From contig CAVTCR010000087.1 in NCBI GenBank assembly GCA_963733195.1, forward strand, positions 1 to 20,706: a DNA stretch of 20,706 nt, written 5' to 3'. The notes below the pieces were generated by a model. It was not told where the DNA came from. It worked only from the letters and a program-made list of their open reading frames with translations, and searched no databases. The position numbers were made by a program, and so were the translations under genes. Shown here one piece after another: positions 1 to 8,872 of the stretch (position 1 is its first letter; each line of letters opens with the position of its first letter). The DNA comes from an uncultured delta proteobacterium. GTDB lineage: Bacteria > Desulfobacterota > Binatia > Bin18.

Positions 1-1235
1 TCAAGCGTGAAGAGGCGGCACCCACGTTTCCTACAATGAAACAGCGGCTGGAAAAGAAGGAGCTGGTACTTCGACGCGAGATTGAAAAGTTTCTGGAGGT
101 TCTCAAGGTGCTCGGCACTCCCCTGATTGAGGAGCCGGCTGTCCATTTTGTCTATTACAATCCCACAGCGCATTATGTCGCTGTCAGCGGGGAGTTTAAC
201 CAATGGACTACTACTCCCATGACCCCTCTAGGACAGACAGGAATCTTTTATCATACGATCAGTTTAGCGGCCCCGCACGAGTCGAATATAAATTAGTCGT
301 TGACGGGCAGTGGATAGTAGATCCTTGCTGTCACAACCGTGTCGACAACGGTATTGGGGAGCAGAACTCCTTCTTTGTGGTGGGAGATTTCCAGGAGCCG
401 CCCGAACTGGAGTGGGTGCCAACCATACCCCATGGACGCGTAAAGGAATTCGATTTCACCAGCAAAATACTGAACAATCAGCGGCGGGTATATGTCTATC
501 TGCCTCCAGGGTATAAGAAACATCCCTCCCAACGCTTTGCAACCTTTTATATCCATGATGGCGGTGAGTACCTCTCCCGGGCTCGACTGCCTACTGTCTT
601 AGATAACCTGCGCCATAGCCAGAACATTCCTCCGCTGATGGCGGTGATGGTAGACCCAGTTGACCGTATGGCAGAGTACCGCGCCAGTGAGCTGTATGCG
701 CAATTTCTGGAGAAGGAGCTAATCCCTTATATCGATCATCATTATCGTACGCGCGCAGAGCGCGAGGCTCGGGGTGATGGGCGCCTCAATGGGGGGACTC
801 AGCTCGACCTACCTGGGCTTGTCGCGTCCCCATCTCTTTTCCAAAGTGGCTGGTCAATCCAGCGCCTTATTTCTGGAACAGGACAAGATTATCACTTTGG
901 TGAATGGGTTAACTGCGAACACCAGCTTTTACTTTGATGTCGGAGCGTATGAGCCGCAGTTTATTCCTGCCCATCACCAACTCGTGCCGCTCTTGCAAGC
1001 GAAAGGTTGTCCTTGTCTGTTCCAAGAGTTGGAAGGCGGGCATAACTGGACGAACTGGCGCGCCCACTTAAAGGACCTTCTCACCTTTCTGTGGGGAAAG
1101 AAAAAAGCAGAAGACGTAGAACGGACGCCAGTAATCAAGAAGGCGAGGTCGCCACGAAAAAAGCCAGCTAGCAAGCGCCAACAGCTGACAAACTCTGGGA
1201 CGTTATCTCAGCATGAGGCAGAAGCACGGGGGTGA
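1..1235 (+). CDS. Alpha/beta-hydrolase (Fes/enterochelin-esterase-like putative esterase) with N-terminal CBM48/AMPK-beta-like carbohydrate-binding domain; 5'-partial, split by two frameshifts
   Basis: Frame open from position 3. ORFs 36-296, 203-937 and 774-1235 join into one protein: VAVSGEFNQW...YKLVVDGQWIVDP (CBM48-like), VYVYLPPGY...HDG, nucleophile GASMGG, GGHNW. Breaks fall in short homopolymers (TTT 263-265, GGGG 771-774), so they may be sequencing errors. Confidence 0.85.
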
Positions 1236-1348
1236 ACGCTGTGTGCCCCGCTCAGGAAGTCGTGTGAACAGCCTCTGTCCTATTTCTGGAAAAGATAGCG
1301 ATAAAGAGCCAGCGTGTCACGCTCATCCTCGCAGGTCTGACCCTGCTC

Positions 1349-1801
1349 GTGCTCATACTGTCGCTGCCAGGGTCGCTGCGAGACGCGTTCGAGCGGGGCG
1401 GTTTCTATCTGTTCTCGCGAGCGTTTTTCGCGGATCTTCCCAAGCGCTTGACGGGACCAGGGCGCTTCCGGTTCGTGTTGCAGCCCGTCGTCGCGATCCT
1501 GCTTGGTAGTCGTGACGGTCTGCTCGATGCCCGAGCAGGCCGTCCACCATACCTCTATAACCGACTGTTCAATCGGGGACAGCGCCGCGAACTGTTACGG
1601 AGCAGCTTAGACGCCGTCGTAAATCTGCTGCTCATGGGCATTTTGCTTGATGCCATCGCCCAGTGGCTCATCCTCGGCGCTTCATATCCAGGTGCCGCAC
1701 TCGTCATCGGCCCAGTATTAATTACGATTCCGTATGCGCTTGCGCGTGCGCTGGCAAACCGCGTGGCGCGGCTTCGCAAGTCGGTTACGACGAATGCTTG
1801 A
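1349..1801 (+). CDS. Conserved hypothetical membrane protein (GPGRFRFVLQP...RDGLLDARAGRPPY type); true start uncertain
   Basis: Several hydrophobic segments. The frame is open back to 1268 and continues a hydrophobic helix (VTLILAGLTLLV) upstream of the called GTG, with no ATG. Confidence 0.7.
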   Translation: MLILSLPGSLRDAFERGGFYLFSRAFFADLPKRLTGPGRFRFVLQPVVAILLGSRDGLLDARAGRPPYLYNRLFNRGQRRELLRSSLDAVVNLLLMGILLDAIAQWLILGASYPGAALVIGPVLITIPYALARALANRVARLRKSVTTNA

Positions 1802-1833
1802 ATCCTTGTATGCTTCGGTGATCAGGCCAGAAA

Positions 1834-1900
1834 TTGAACAAGCCTGAACCGCAATTTGAACGGTGTCAGCGTATCCTTGAACAGCGGCGTAATGCATCCT
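1834..1900 (+). promoter_or_regulatory. YTGAACC-box array A with -10-like hexamer, upstream of the TauD-family gene
   Basis: TGAAC at 1835, 1845, 1857, 1878 (spacing 10/12/21), then 12 nt, then CATCCT (1895-1900). Closely similar to 17998-18063. Confidence 0.75.
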
Positions 1901-2089
1901 TGCGGGTGTGAGGTGGGTTTTGCAGGCCGGCACCGGAATCCGGAGGTTCAGCGAGCGCACAACAGCAAAAGAAGGGGGAACCATGACGCCAGCAATCCAG
2001 AGGGAGCCGGAAACACCCTCCATGGAGCGCGCCGGAATCATCGACGACAAGCCCTATTGAGATTCACAACTTCAATAAAAGGAGTTCCT

Positions 2090-2914
2090 ATGGCTCTCGA
2101 ACTCGAACGACTCACTCGCGTCATCGGTAGCGAAATCCATGGAATCGACTTGAATCAAGTTGATGCGGCAATGGCGGCCAAGATTAAAATCGCTCTGAAC
2201 GAGCGCTTGGTGCTGGTCTTTCGCGACCAGTCGCTAACCCGCGAAACGCACAAGCGTTTCGCTCGCTTCTTCGGCACCGGCCAACTCCAGCGCCATGCGT
2301 TGTCGAGGTCCGGGGATCCAGAGATCCTCGATGTGAAGACCGACAAGGATTCGAAATTCACCGCTGGCGAAGGTTGGCACACCGACGTGTCTTGCGAGGC
2401 CGCCCCGATCAGTGCCTCGATGCTCTATCTCACTTGCATGCCGGAAGGCGGAGGCGGCGACACCTTGTTTGCAAACATGACCGAGGCATATAAACGGCTT
2501 TCGCAGCCCGTGAAGGCGTTCGTGCATACTCTCAAAGCGGTTCACGATGGTGCACTTCTCTGGAAGACGATCTACGGCATCGACCCGAAGCCCGGCACGA
2601 CTTATCCGCGCTATGAGCACCCGGTGGTGATCCGACATCCCGACACTAGTCGAGAAGTGCTGTTCGTGAATCGCGGCTTCACCACACATCTTACCGGGGT
2701 ATCTGCTCAGGAAAGTCGTTTTCTGCTCGAGATGCTCTTCAACCACATCGAGGCGTCACCGCAGATTCAATGCCGGGTGCAATGGCTGCCTAACACCATC
2801 GTGATGTGGGATAACGTTGCGACGCAGCATCACGCGGTCTGGGACTACTTCCCTCAGAGCCGCTATGCCGAACGCGTCTCGAGCCTCGGAGTCGAGCTAT
2901 CGGCTGCTGCATGA
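2090..2914 (+). CDS. TauD/TfdA family Fe(II)/2-oxoglutarate dioxygenase
   Basis: WHTDVS (HxD), GGDTLFAN, HPVVIRHP, WDNVATQHHA and a terminal R motif. AGGAG precedes ATG 2090, which is a better start than 1856. Confidence 0.93.
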   Translation: MALELERLTRVIGSEIHGIDLNQVDAAMAAKIKIALNERLVLVFRDQSLTRETHKRFARFFGTGQLQRHALSRSGDPEILDVKTDKDSKFTAGEGWHTDVSCEAAPISASMLYLTCMPEGGGGDTLFANMTEAYKRLSQPVKAFVHTLKAVHDGALLWKTIYGIDPKPGTTYPRYEHPVVIRHPDTSREVLFVNRGFTTHLTGVSAQESRFLLEMLFNHIEASPQIQCRVQWLPNTIVMWDNVATQHHAVWDYFPQSRYAERVSSLGVELSAAA

Positions 2915-3004
2915 CTAACATGTGGCAGTCCCTCAAATCTCCGTTGCCAGCAATGGCGTTAAACCGTCCGGTCCCGTCCATCAAAGTGAACCTGCCGGTG
3001 CATC

Positions 3005-3151
3005 CTACTGTATGTGTTCCGGTACAGTTCCAGGCGGCGAATACCTTATCACCAGTGGCTGCGAGGTGACATTCATCGCGGGATAGGCAAACCGTCTCTC
3101 CCGGGCTCTGTCGAGCATCTGGCAGTAGATTTCATAATTTGCCACCGGCAT
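3005..3151 (-). pseudogene. fbaA: Truncated class II fructose-bisphosphate aldolase (N-terminal ~30 aa only)
   Basis: AAGGAG RBS (3158-3163), then ATG 3151: MPVANYEIYCQMLDRARERRFAYPAMNVTS, matching the FbaA N-terminus (MP.A..E.Y..MLD.A....FAYPA.NVTS). Unrelated sequence follows, with a stop at 3005. Too short for the ORF track. Confidence 0.8.
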
Positions 3152-3206
3152 AACTTACTCCTTTCGTATCCGTCTCCATCGGCGCGCCGACCACGTCTGG
3201 CGAAAA

Positions 3207-3322
3207 AGACTACTCGATGAAGCGGTTCAAGGACGCCATGGCACCGGTTCAATTTTTCACGTCGTCGGTTCAGATTTCGCATTGCACGTTGACCTCTCGT
3301 TCAAGGGTCAGTAAAGGTTCAA
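3207..3322 (-). promoter_or_regulatory. YTGAACC-box array B with -10, upstream of the fbaA stub
   Basis: GTTCA on + at 3225, 3247, 3268, 3299, 3317 (22/21/31/18). On the minus strand the proximal box is followed by 12 nt and TAGTCT (3212-3207). Confidence 0.78.
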
Positions 3323-3437
3323 ACTGATCCGTTAGCGTAAGAAAACAACACCAACGTACACCCACAAGCTAAGATAGAGCTGCGCTCCGCACTCTTTCAC
3401 GGAAAGGTTAACAAACGGCTGTGATGAGGAGATTGCT

Positions 3438-4562
3438 ATGGATTTACAGGAAGCGCGCCAGGCATTGCTAAGGGAAACACCTCCCGCAAGGTCTGAGAGT
3501 ACTCCGCACGGACTGCACGAGCAGTTTTTCGAGAGAACCATTGCCCTGTTTCTGATTGCCGTACTGCTCTTCGCCTGCTTGCAAATCACTGCGCCATTCC
3601 TCCGGGCATTTACTTGGGCAATCATTATGGCGGTATCGACCTGGCCGCTTTTTTTACAGCTTCGTCAAAGGCTTGGTGAGAGAAAAAAACTGGCTGCCAC
3701 TGTGGTAGCAATGACTTTGGCGTTGGCGTTCCTGCTCCCTGGAGTGCTGTTGGTTACGTCCTTAACAGACAGTATCCAGTCAGTCGCCGCACTCGCAACC
3801 GACCTCACCACGCTGAAATTGCCGGACCTGCCCTCATGGGTCACGGGATTACCCGTGGTTGGAGAACGCATCGATAGTGTCTGGCAAAGTGTGAGAACGG
3901 ACATGAGTATGGAAAAACTCCGGCCGTACATCGTAACCGCAACCCAGTGGCTTTTGGCCCAAGGCGCTCAACTTGGACTGACTTTGCTCGAATTTGTGCT
4001 TGCCATAGTTTTTACTGGAATACTTTACGTTACGGGCGAAAGTCTCACTGCGCTGGTGAAGCAGTTCGCGACGCGGGTCGGTGGTGAGAGTAGTCTCAAT
4101 TTATTGCCGGTGGCCGTACAAACCATCCGGAGTGTAGCGTTCGGCGTGATCGGGACCGCGTTGATACAAGCACTATTAAGCGTCGGCAGTTTTGTCATTG
4201 CCGGAGTTCCAGGCGTTGCCGTACTCGGACTATTTTGTTTCGTGTTCGCGATGATGCAGATTGGCACAGCTCTCGTCTGGATTCCTATTGCCATCTGGCT
4301 CGCCTATCAGGACCAAAAGGGCTGGGCGACCTTTATCGTTATTTCAGGGCTTTCCATCAATATCATGGACAACTTCATCAAACCCTATCTCATCAGCCGG
4401 CAAGGTGCAGGCGTCCCAACGATCCTCATCTTCATTGGCGTCCTCGGCGGCCTTATCGCCTGGGGGTTTCTCGGCATTTTCCTGGGCGCGACGCTCCTCG
4501 CTATCGCTTATACCGTGCTGCGAAGTTGGCTCGATCAGGCGCCGTCCGTGGCGACGGACTGA
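3438..4562 (+). CDS. AI-2E family transporter (YdiK-like)
   Basis: 374 aa polytopic membrane protein with DNFIKPYLIS and GVLGGLIAWGFLGIFLGATLLA signatures. GAGGAG RBS. Confidence 0.92.
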   Translation: MDLQEARQALLRETPPARSESTPHGLHEQFFERTIALFLIAVLLFACLQITAPFLRAFTWAIIMAVSTWPLFLQLRQRLGERKKLAATVVAMTLALAFLLPGVLLVTSLTDSIQSVAALATDLTTLKLPDLPSWVTGLPVVGERIDSVWQSVRTDMSMEKLRPYIVTATQWLLAQGAQLGLTLLEFVLAIVFTGILYVTGESLTALVKQFATRVGGESSLNLLPVAVQTIRSVAFGVIGTALIQALLSVGSFVIAGVPGVAVLGLFCFVFAMMQIGTALVWIPIAIWLAYQDQKGWATFIVISGLSINIMDNFIKPYLISRQGAGVPTILIFIGVLGGLIAWGFLGIFLGATLLAIAYTVLRSWLDQAPSVATD

Positions 4563-4575
4563 ATATATGTTCGAT

Positions 4576-5340
4576 TCAGTTCTCTCTCCCATTTTCAGTT
4601 TGTTGACGTCCGATCCTCGTGGGCGGCGGCTTGGCCTTCCCTGTATGTAGCCCAAGTGCGGCGATCTGCCTTTGCAACTCTGCGAATATAACATCCGCCG
4701 GCTCGGTTGCGTCCACCCTCACGAACTCGTACTTCAGGGCCAGCTGATCCAAGGTCTGAATCACACGCGCTTGATAGCGCACGAAGCTGTCGTACATGTT
4801 GCCGCCGAACCGCATATCCATGCCACTCTCCCAGTAATCGAAGACGCCTCGCCCACGGATTACACGAGTAACCAAATCTTTCACTTGTGGGCGCAGATAG
4901 TACACCGCATGTGGAATCAAGGCGAAGTCAGTCCCGTGTTCGATCCAAGCAGAATCCTCGCCACGCGCAATCGCCCGTGCAATAATAGAATAAATATAAC
5001 GATCCGTGAGTACGACAAAGCCGGCGCGGAGCGCGGGAATGATTTCATTTTCCAGACGGTCCGCGAAATCGGTGACATAATAGAGCGTCATGGTCACCGG
5101 TCCCAGGGTGTTCCCTTCTTTGGCTTTTTTAATTCCCTTACCGGCCAGAGCCGAACGTGCCATGCCCGTATCGAGGACCGCATGCCCTTCCTGTTCCAGC
5201 CACTGCCGCAGACGCGTCACCTGCGTAGAGCGTCCGACCGCATCTGGCCCCTCGATGACGATCAAAGCACCGTGCAACTCCGCGCAGTCCACACCTGGCA
5301 GAGGAGTGTTATAGAATTGTAAGGGTCCCTTCGCTGCCAT
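4576..5340 (-). CDS. Thymidylate-kinase-like protein, second of a tandem pair (atypical P-loop)
   Basis: LIVIEGPDAVGRST P-loop (R in place of K), VVLTDRYIYS, DFADR. Confidence 0.88.
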   Translation of the reverse strand: MAAKGPLQFYNTPLPGVDCAELHGALIVIEGPDAVGRSTQVTRLRQWLEQEGHAVLDTGMARSALAGKGIKKAKEGNTLGPVTMTLYYVTDFADRLENEIIPALRAGFVVLTDRYIYSIIARAIARGEDSAWIEHGTDFALIPHAVYYLRPQVKDLVTRVIRGRGVFDYWESGMDMRFGGNMYDSFVRYQARVIQTLDQLALKYEFVRVDATEPADVIFAELQRQIAALGLHTGKAKPPPTRIGRQQTENGREN

Positions 5341-6061
5341 TCTTCCCTCGCTCGACGCTGTACAAGGCTCCAGTGTGTAAGCTCCTGCCTAACTTCTTCT
5401 GCACGATGTCTCGCATCTGTTGTTGCTGCTCTTCAATCGACAGCGTGGCGTCAATCACCTGAAAGCCCATCTCCTCCGTCATCGCTTCGTACTCGTCGAG
5501 TATCCGACCCTGGAAAAGACGAAAGCTCTCTTCGACCTCCCGACTGAGCCCGAGATCCATCCCAGCTTCGTAGTATTTGATCGCCTGGCGCCCGCCCAGA
5601 ATGCGGCCCAGCGCCACTTCCAAGGGCGTCTGGAAATAGAAACTCAGGTGCGGTCGCGGCGCAAAGCTGTAGAGCCGGCGGACCCACTGGCGATCGACGC
5701 CGCGCGCCACATCACGGGCAAAGGCCGTGTAGGCATAGCGATCGGCACACACGACCGCTCCAGCCTTCAACAGCGGCAGAATGTAGCGTTCCATCCGGTC
5801 AGCAAAATCCGTGGCGTGCAGTAAACTGAAGGTCGTGGGAGTGAGCATCTTCCTCTTTTTACCCCGTTGCATCGTCTCACGGACCAGGGGAGAGGAGTTC
5901 CATTCACTGAACGCGACCGCGATCGCCTGCGAACGTAGCCATTGGCTCAGGAGAGAGAGTTGAGTAGATTTTCCTGAGCCATCGATTCCTTCGACCACAA
6001 TCAGTTTCCCCTTGAAGCGATTCGGTGCGAACAAGGCGGCTGTCTGTTGATACTCCTGCAT
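5309..6061 (-). CDS. tmk: Thymidylate-kinase (dTMP kinase)-like protein, first of a tandem pair
   Basis: LIVVEGIDGSGKST P-loop, DFADR, VCADRYAYT. Overlaps the partner gene by 32 nt. Confidence 0.9.
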   Translation of the reverse strand: MQEYQQTAALFAPNRFKGKLIVVEGIDGSGKSTQLSLLSQWLRSQAIAVAFSEWNSSPLVRETMQRGKKRKMLTPTTFSLLHATDFADRMERYILPLLKAGAVVCADRYAYTAFARDVARGVDRQWVRRLYSFAPRPHLSFYFQTPLEVALGRILGGRQAIKYYEAGMDLGLSREVEESFRLFQGRILDEYEAMTEEMGFQVIDATLSIEEQQQQMRDIVQKKLGRSLHTGALYSVERGKNGSEGTLTIL

Positions 6062-6148
6062 AAGGGTTGTTCGTGCTTTAACGAGTTCAGGGTAAATAGA
6101 AAGAGGGGCGTTCTCCTGAAATAGGTGTAATCCTCGCTGTCGGCCAGC

Positions 6149-6204
6149 AATCTACATTCAAGCACTGGTTCAACACGAGTGACAAACGGTTCAATTCTTT
6201 TCAG
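6149..6204 (-). promoter_or_regulatory. YTGAACC-box array C with -10, upstream of the tmk-like pair
   Basis: GTTCA on + at 6168 and 6189 (21), degenerate TTTCA at 6199. On the minus strand the proximal box is followed by 13 nt and TAGATT (6154-6149). Confidence 0.62.
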
Positions 6205-6325
6205 ATTTCACTTCTGAACTTCCCTAGCAGGTGAAAGCTCCTGCAATTGCTTTCCGAGGAATTGTCATGTGCCTGCGGCGCGCCCTTAAGGATGAAAACG
6301 AAACCGGAATCTTGTCTTTCTTGAT

Positions 6326-6360
6326 CCCCCTCACCCGGCCCTCTCCCATCCGGGAGAGGG
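6326..6360. repeat. BoxC-like extragenic palindromic repeat
   Basis: CCCCCTCACCCGGCCCTCTCCC-ATCC-GGGAGAGGG: pyrimidine tail plus a perfect 9-bp stem, the form of a widespread intergenic repeat. Confidence 0.7.
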
Positions 6361-6522
6361 AAATTTCAGGGGAATGACGAAAACGGGAGGACGTAGGATA
6401 TAACCAGCAGTTAAGGATTCAGCCTAGCAGCATTCCGACTTGATCTATCACTATCTGTCTCATCAAGTTCAGATTTTTACACTTTTACTCTGATCCTGTC
6501 TTCGTTTCTCTATCTCGCAGTC

Positions 6523-7386
6523 TTACTGGGGCGAATTGACTACGATATAGGTCACACTGCCGCCACTGTAGGAAGGTTGATACCAGGTTGACCCGCATTG
6601 ATAGTAGGACATCCCGTTCACCGACATTGAAGTACACGAACTCGACTGGGCGCTGAAGGCGGCGGCAGTCATCACGGACCCGATCGCCATGCCTGCTAGC
6701 ACTCCCCCCGCCGCGTATCCTCCGTAGTGGTATCCTCCTCCCCATTCGCCATGGTAGTCCTCCCCGTATTCTTGCCAGTCTTCGCGGCTGTTCTTCCCGT
6801 ATTCCTGTCGGTCCTCGCGCGCATTATTCCCGTAATCCTGCCAGTCTTCCCGGTTTTGATCTTGCTGGGTATTACGGGTGGATTGCCGCTCGCTGGCAGC
6901 GGTTTGGCGGTTCTGCTGATTTTGGGTCGAAGTGCCTTGCCTCTGACTGGCAGCGGCTTGACGGTTCTGCTGATTCTGGGTCGAAGTGCCTTGCCTCTGA
7001 CCGGCAGACCCTTGCCGACTCTGTTGCATTTGGGATCGATTGGCCGACATTTGACTGGCAGACCCTTGCCGACTCTGTTGTCTTTGCGAAGCGCCCCCTT
7101 GCCAACTGCCACTGCTGGCGGCGCCACCACGAGAATAATTTGCACCGCCCGAACGATTGCCACCGAACGAGCCCGTACTCGCTGCACCACTCCGGGAGAA
7201 ATTCCCGCCGCCGCCACCACCTCGACCCCCGCCGCCACCACTAAAACTCCGGCCACCCCCGCCACCACCTCGACCCCCGCCGCCACCACCTCGACCTCCC
7301 CGTGCTTCGACCTGCGCTGCGATAAAGATGCCCATCAACAATAGTGCCATCCATACGGTGTGACGTATCCACGTTTTCGTGCTCAT
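6523..7386 (-). CDS. Exported Gly/Gln/Ser-rich low-complexity protein with a Tyr/Cys-containing C-terminal domain (DUF6515-like)
   Basis: AAGGAG (7394-7399) before ATG 7386. Signal peptide ending VEA, then RGG/G runs, 18-aa Q-rich repeats, REDWQ[DE]Y repeats, a hydrophobic GVLAGMAIG segment and YYQCGSTWYQP. Confidence 0.82.
   Translation of the reverse strand: MSTKTWIRHTVWMALLLMGIFIAAQVEARGGRGGGGGGRGGGGGGRSFSGGGGGRGGGGGGNFSRSGAASTGSFGGNRSGGANYSRGGAASSGSWQGGASQRQQSRQGSASQMSANRSQMQQSRQGSAGQRQGTSTQNQQNRQAAASQRQGTSTQNQQNRQTAASERQSTRNTQQDQNREDWQDYGNNAREDRQEYGKNSREDWQEYGEDYHGEWGGGYHYGGYAAGGVLAGMAIGSVMTAAAFSAQSSSCTSMSVNGMSYYQCGSTWYQPSYSGGSVTYIVVNSPQ
6893..7080. repeat. 54-bp tandem coding repeats (two pairs)
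   Basis: CTGGCAGCGG...GTGCCTTGCCTCTGA at 6893 and 6947; GGCAGACCCTTGCCGACTCTGTTG at 7003 and 7057. Confidence 0.85.
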
Positions 7387-7493
7387 GGCTGTACTCCTTA
7401 TACTCATGCCCAGGCTCTGCCTGGGCATGCTGTGTTTTTGCAGATCTGCCTCACGTCACTCGTTCCTAGCCTCTACCTGGGAGAGAGCGATTT

Positions 7494-8312
7494 CTATTCT
7501 TTCATTTTTGCGTCAGGATCCATGCCGGCCACAAACGCGATCCGCACCGCCCCCTCGGCGGGAGTGAACACGAAGAGCGACTCCGGTGTGTCCGGCGTAA
7601 AGTTCCAGTCGTGAAAGTTCGCCCAGAATTGCGGCTCGCCATCCTCCAATTTATAGGTGACCACGAGCCGCTCCGGTACGGGCTTCTCTCCCTTTGCTAT
7701 CCATAGCTGCATATCAACCAGGTCGTTGCGCAACGCGATATGATCGCAGGGCGTTCCATCGATTGTGGCCTCTTCCACCCAATAGGCCGCACTGACCTTG
7801 TCTTTTATGGTCTTGGGCAAATTGTTGGAGAAGAGTTCGGCCATCGGCAAGGGCATCTGCAGGTCGCGGGTAAAGTAAGTAAACGCAGCATCAAGGTCGC
7901 CGGATTTCTGCGCGGTCGCATACACTTTCTCATTCAGACCAAAGAAAGCGAGCTGTTTGCCATCGAACCGAAAACCGCGCTTGGTCCCATCCCGGTCGGT
8001 AATATCGACGGCAATCCGATCCGGGCGCTGCACGGTGATCTTGCGGGTCGCACCAAACTCTAGCTTTTGCCCCCAGACCTGGTCGACATCGTAGCCGATG
8101 TCCGCCGTGACACTATAACGTTGAGCTTTCGCCAGATAATCTGCCATCCGCGTGAGAGGGGCCATCGCTTTTGCGTCGATTGTCGACACGGTGGCCTTAG
8201 TTTCCTGGGCGTGCGCTGGCGTATTGCCCAACACGAGTGCGCACATCAGGGCAGGCACACAGCGCCACGTCACACGGTTCACTCTCCCGCTCCACATAAT
8301 GACTCTATACAT
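7494..8312 (-). CDS. DUF2092 domain-containing periplasmic protein
   Basis: Signal peptide (AHA-Q), GQKLEFG...VQRPDR, CDHIALRNDLVDMQLWI, PQFWANFHDWN. AAGGAG precedes ATG 8312 (alternative start 8339). Confidence 0.88.
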   Translation of the reverse strand: MYRVIMWSGRVNRVTWRCVPALMCALVLGNTPAHAQETKATVSTIDAKAMAPLTRMADYLAKAQRYSVTADIGYDVDQVWGQKLEFGATRKITVQRPDRIAVDITDRDGTKRGFRFDGKQLAFFGLNEKVYATAQKSGDLDAAFTYFTRDLQMPLPMAELFSNNLPKTIKDKVSAAYWVEEATIDGTPCDHIALRNDLVDMQLWIAKGEKPVPERLVVTYKLEDGEPQFWANFHDWNFTPDTPESLFVFTPAEGAVRIAFVAGMDPDAKMKE

Positions 8313-8360
8313 AGCAAATCTCCTTGCTGATCGCACCATCGGTCAATTCCTCACTTGCTC

Positions 8361-8783
8361 TCACTTGACACCGACATCTTTCATCGCAGTCTTGCAGCGC
8401 GTACTTACATCCTTCTCGTTCTTCTTCAGACACGCCGCCAACCGCCCTCCACCCGCTTCCACTGAGGCGCAGTGCTTCTCTAGATCCGCTTCACATTCGC
8501 TGGCAACGTAGGTCAAAGTCGCAATAGCGTGCTCAAGCTGCGCCGAGGCGTCGTACAAAGCATACTCGCACCGGCTCGAAAGCTTATCCTGGTACGCGTA
8601 CAAGCAGGCAAGAACCCTCCCCTCACCCGGAGTGACCTCCTTACAGAACGAGTCGAGTTCCTTCTTACAGCCGTCCTTGACAGACGCGATTAAATCCTGC
8701 TGCGCCCAGGATGTGTTGAATGCACCGGGCAGCATGAAAAGCACCGCTACAGTCAACAGAAACTTTACCACTCGTCTCATCAT
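8361..8783 (-). CDS. Exported cysteine-rich-repeat protein (GLG1/Cys_rich_FGFR-like repeats)
   Basis: Signal peptide (SWA-Q) and two C-x6-C...GxGR..ACL...S.RC repeats. GAGGAGG RBS. Confidence 0.88.
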   Translation of the reverse strand: MMRRVVKFLLTVAVLFMLPGAFNTSWAQQDLIASVKDGCKKELDSFCKEVTPGEGRVLACLYAYQDKLSSRCEYALYDASAQLEHAIATLTYVASECEADLEKHCASVEAGGGRLAACLKKNEKDVSTRCKTAMKDVGVK

Positions 8784-8872
8784 CTATTCCTCCTCTAGGA
8801 AAAACTTGAATTCTCTTCGCATAGCTGTGGAGAATAATCAGTCAAGCCCACCGCTGCTGAACGGTGTCAGTG

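Noticed and set aside
255-790. Programmed ribosomal frameshifting in the esterase gene
   Set aside because: No canonical slippery heptamer. The breaks are in short homopolymers, better explained by indel error or mutation.
1233-1290. Possible eighth box array (TGAAC at 1233 and 1265)
   Set aside because: Only two boxes 32 bp apart, neither matches YTGAACC well, and there is no convincing -10 at 12-13 nt.
1857-1900. TGAAC...CGTAA as an ECF sigma -35/-10 promoter
   Set aside because: The spacers would be 5 or 26 nt rather than about 16, and multiple phased copies are not explained.
1856-2089. 78-aa N-terminal extension of the TauD-family ORF
   Set aside because: It starts inside promoter array A. 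Family similarity and the RBS point to ATG 2090.
3207-3322. 21-22-bp-spaced repeats as plasmid iterons or a CRISPR array
   Set aside because: The conserved core is only 5-7 bp, the arrays recur at seven gene starts, and there is no rep or cas gene or repeat-spacer structure.
4672-5824. Plus-strand ORFs of 216 and 134 aa
   Set aside because: Antisense to the well-supported kinase genes.
6696-7363. Alternative-frame and antisense ORFs (197, 205 and 68 aa, poly-Pro)
   Set aside because: By-products of the stop-poor Gly/Gln repeat gene.
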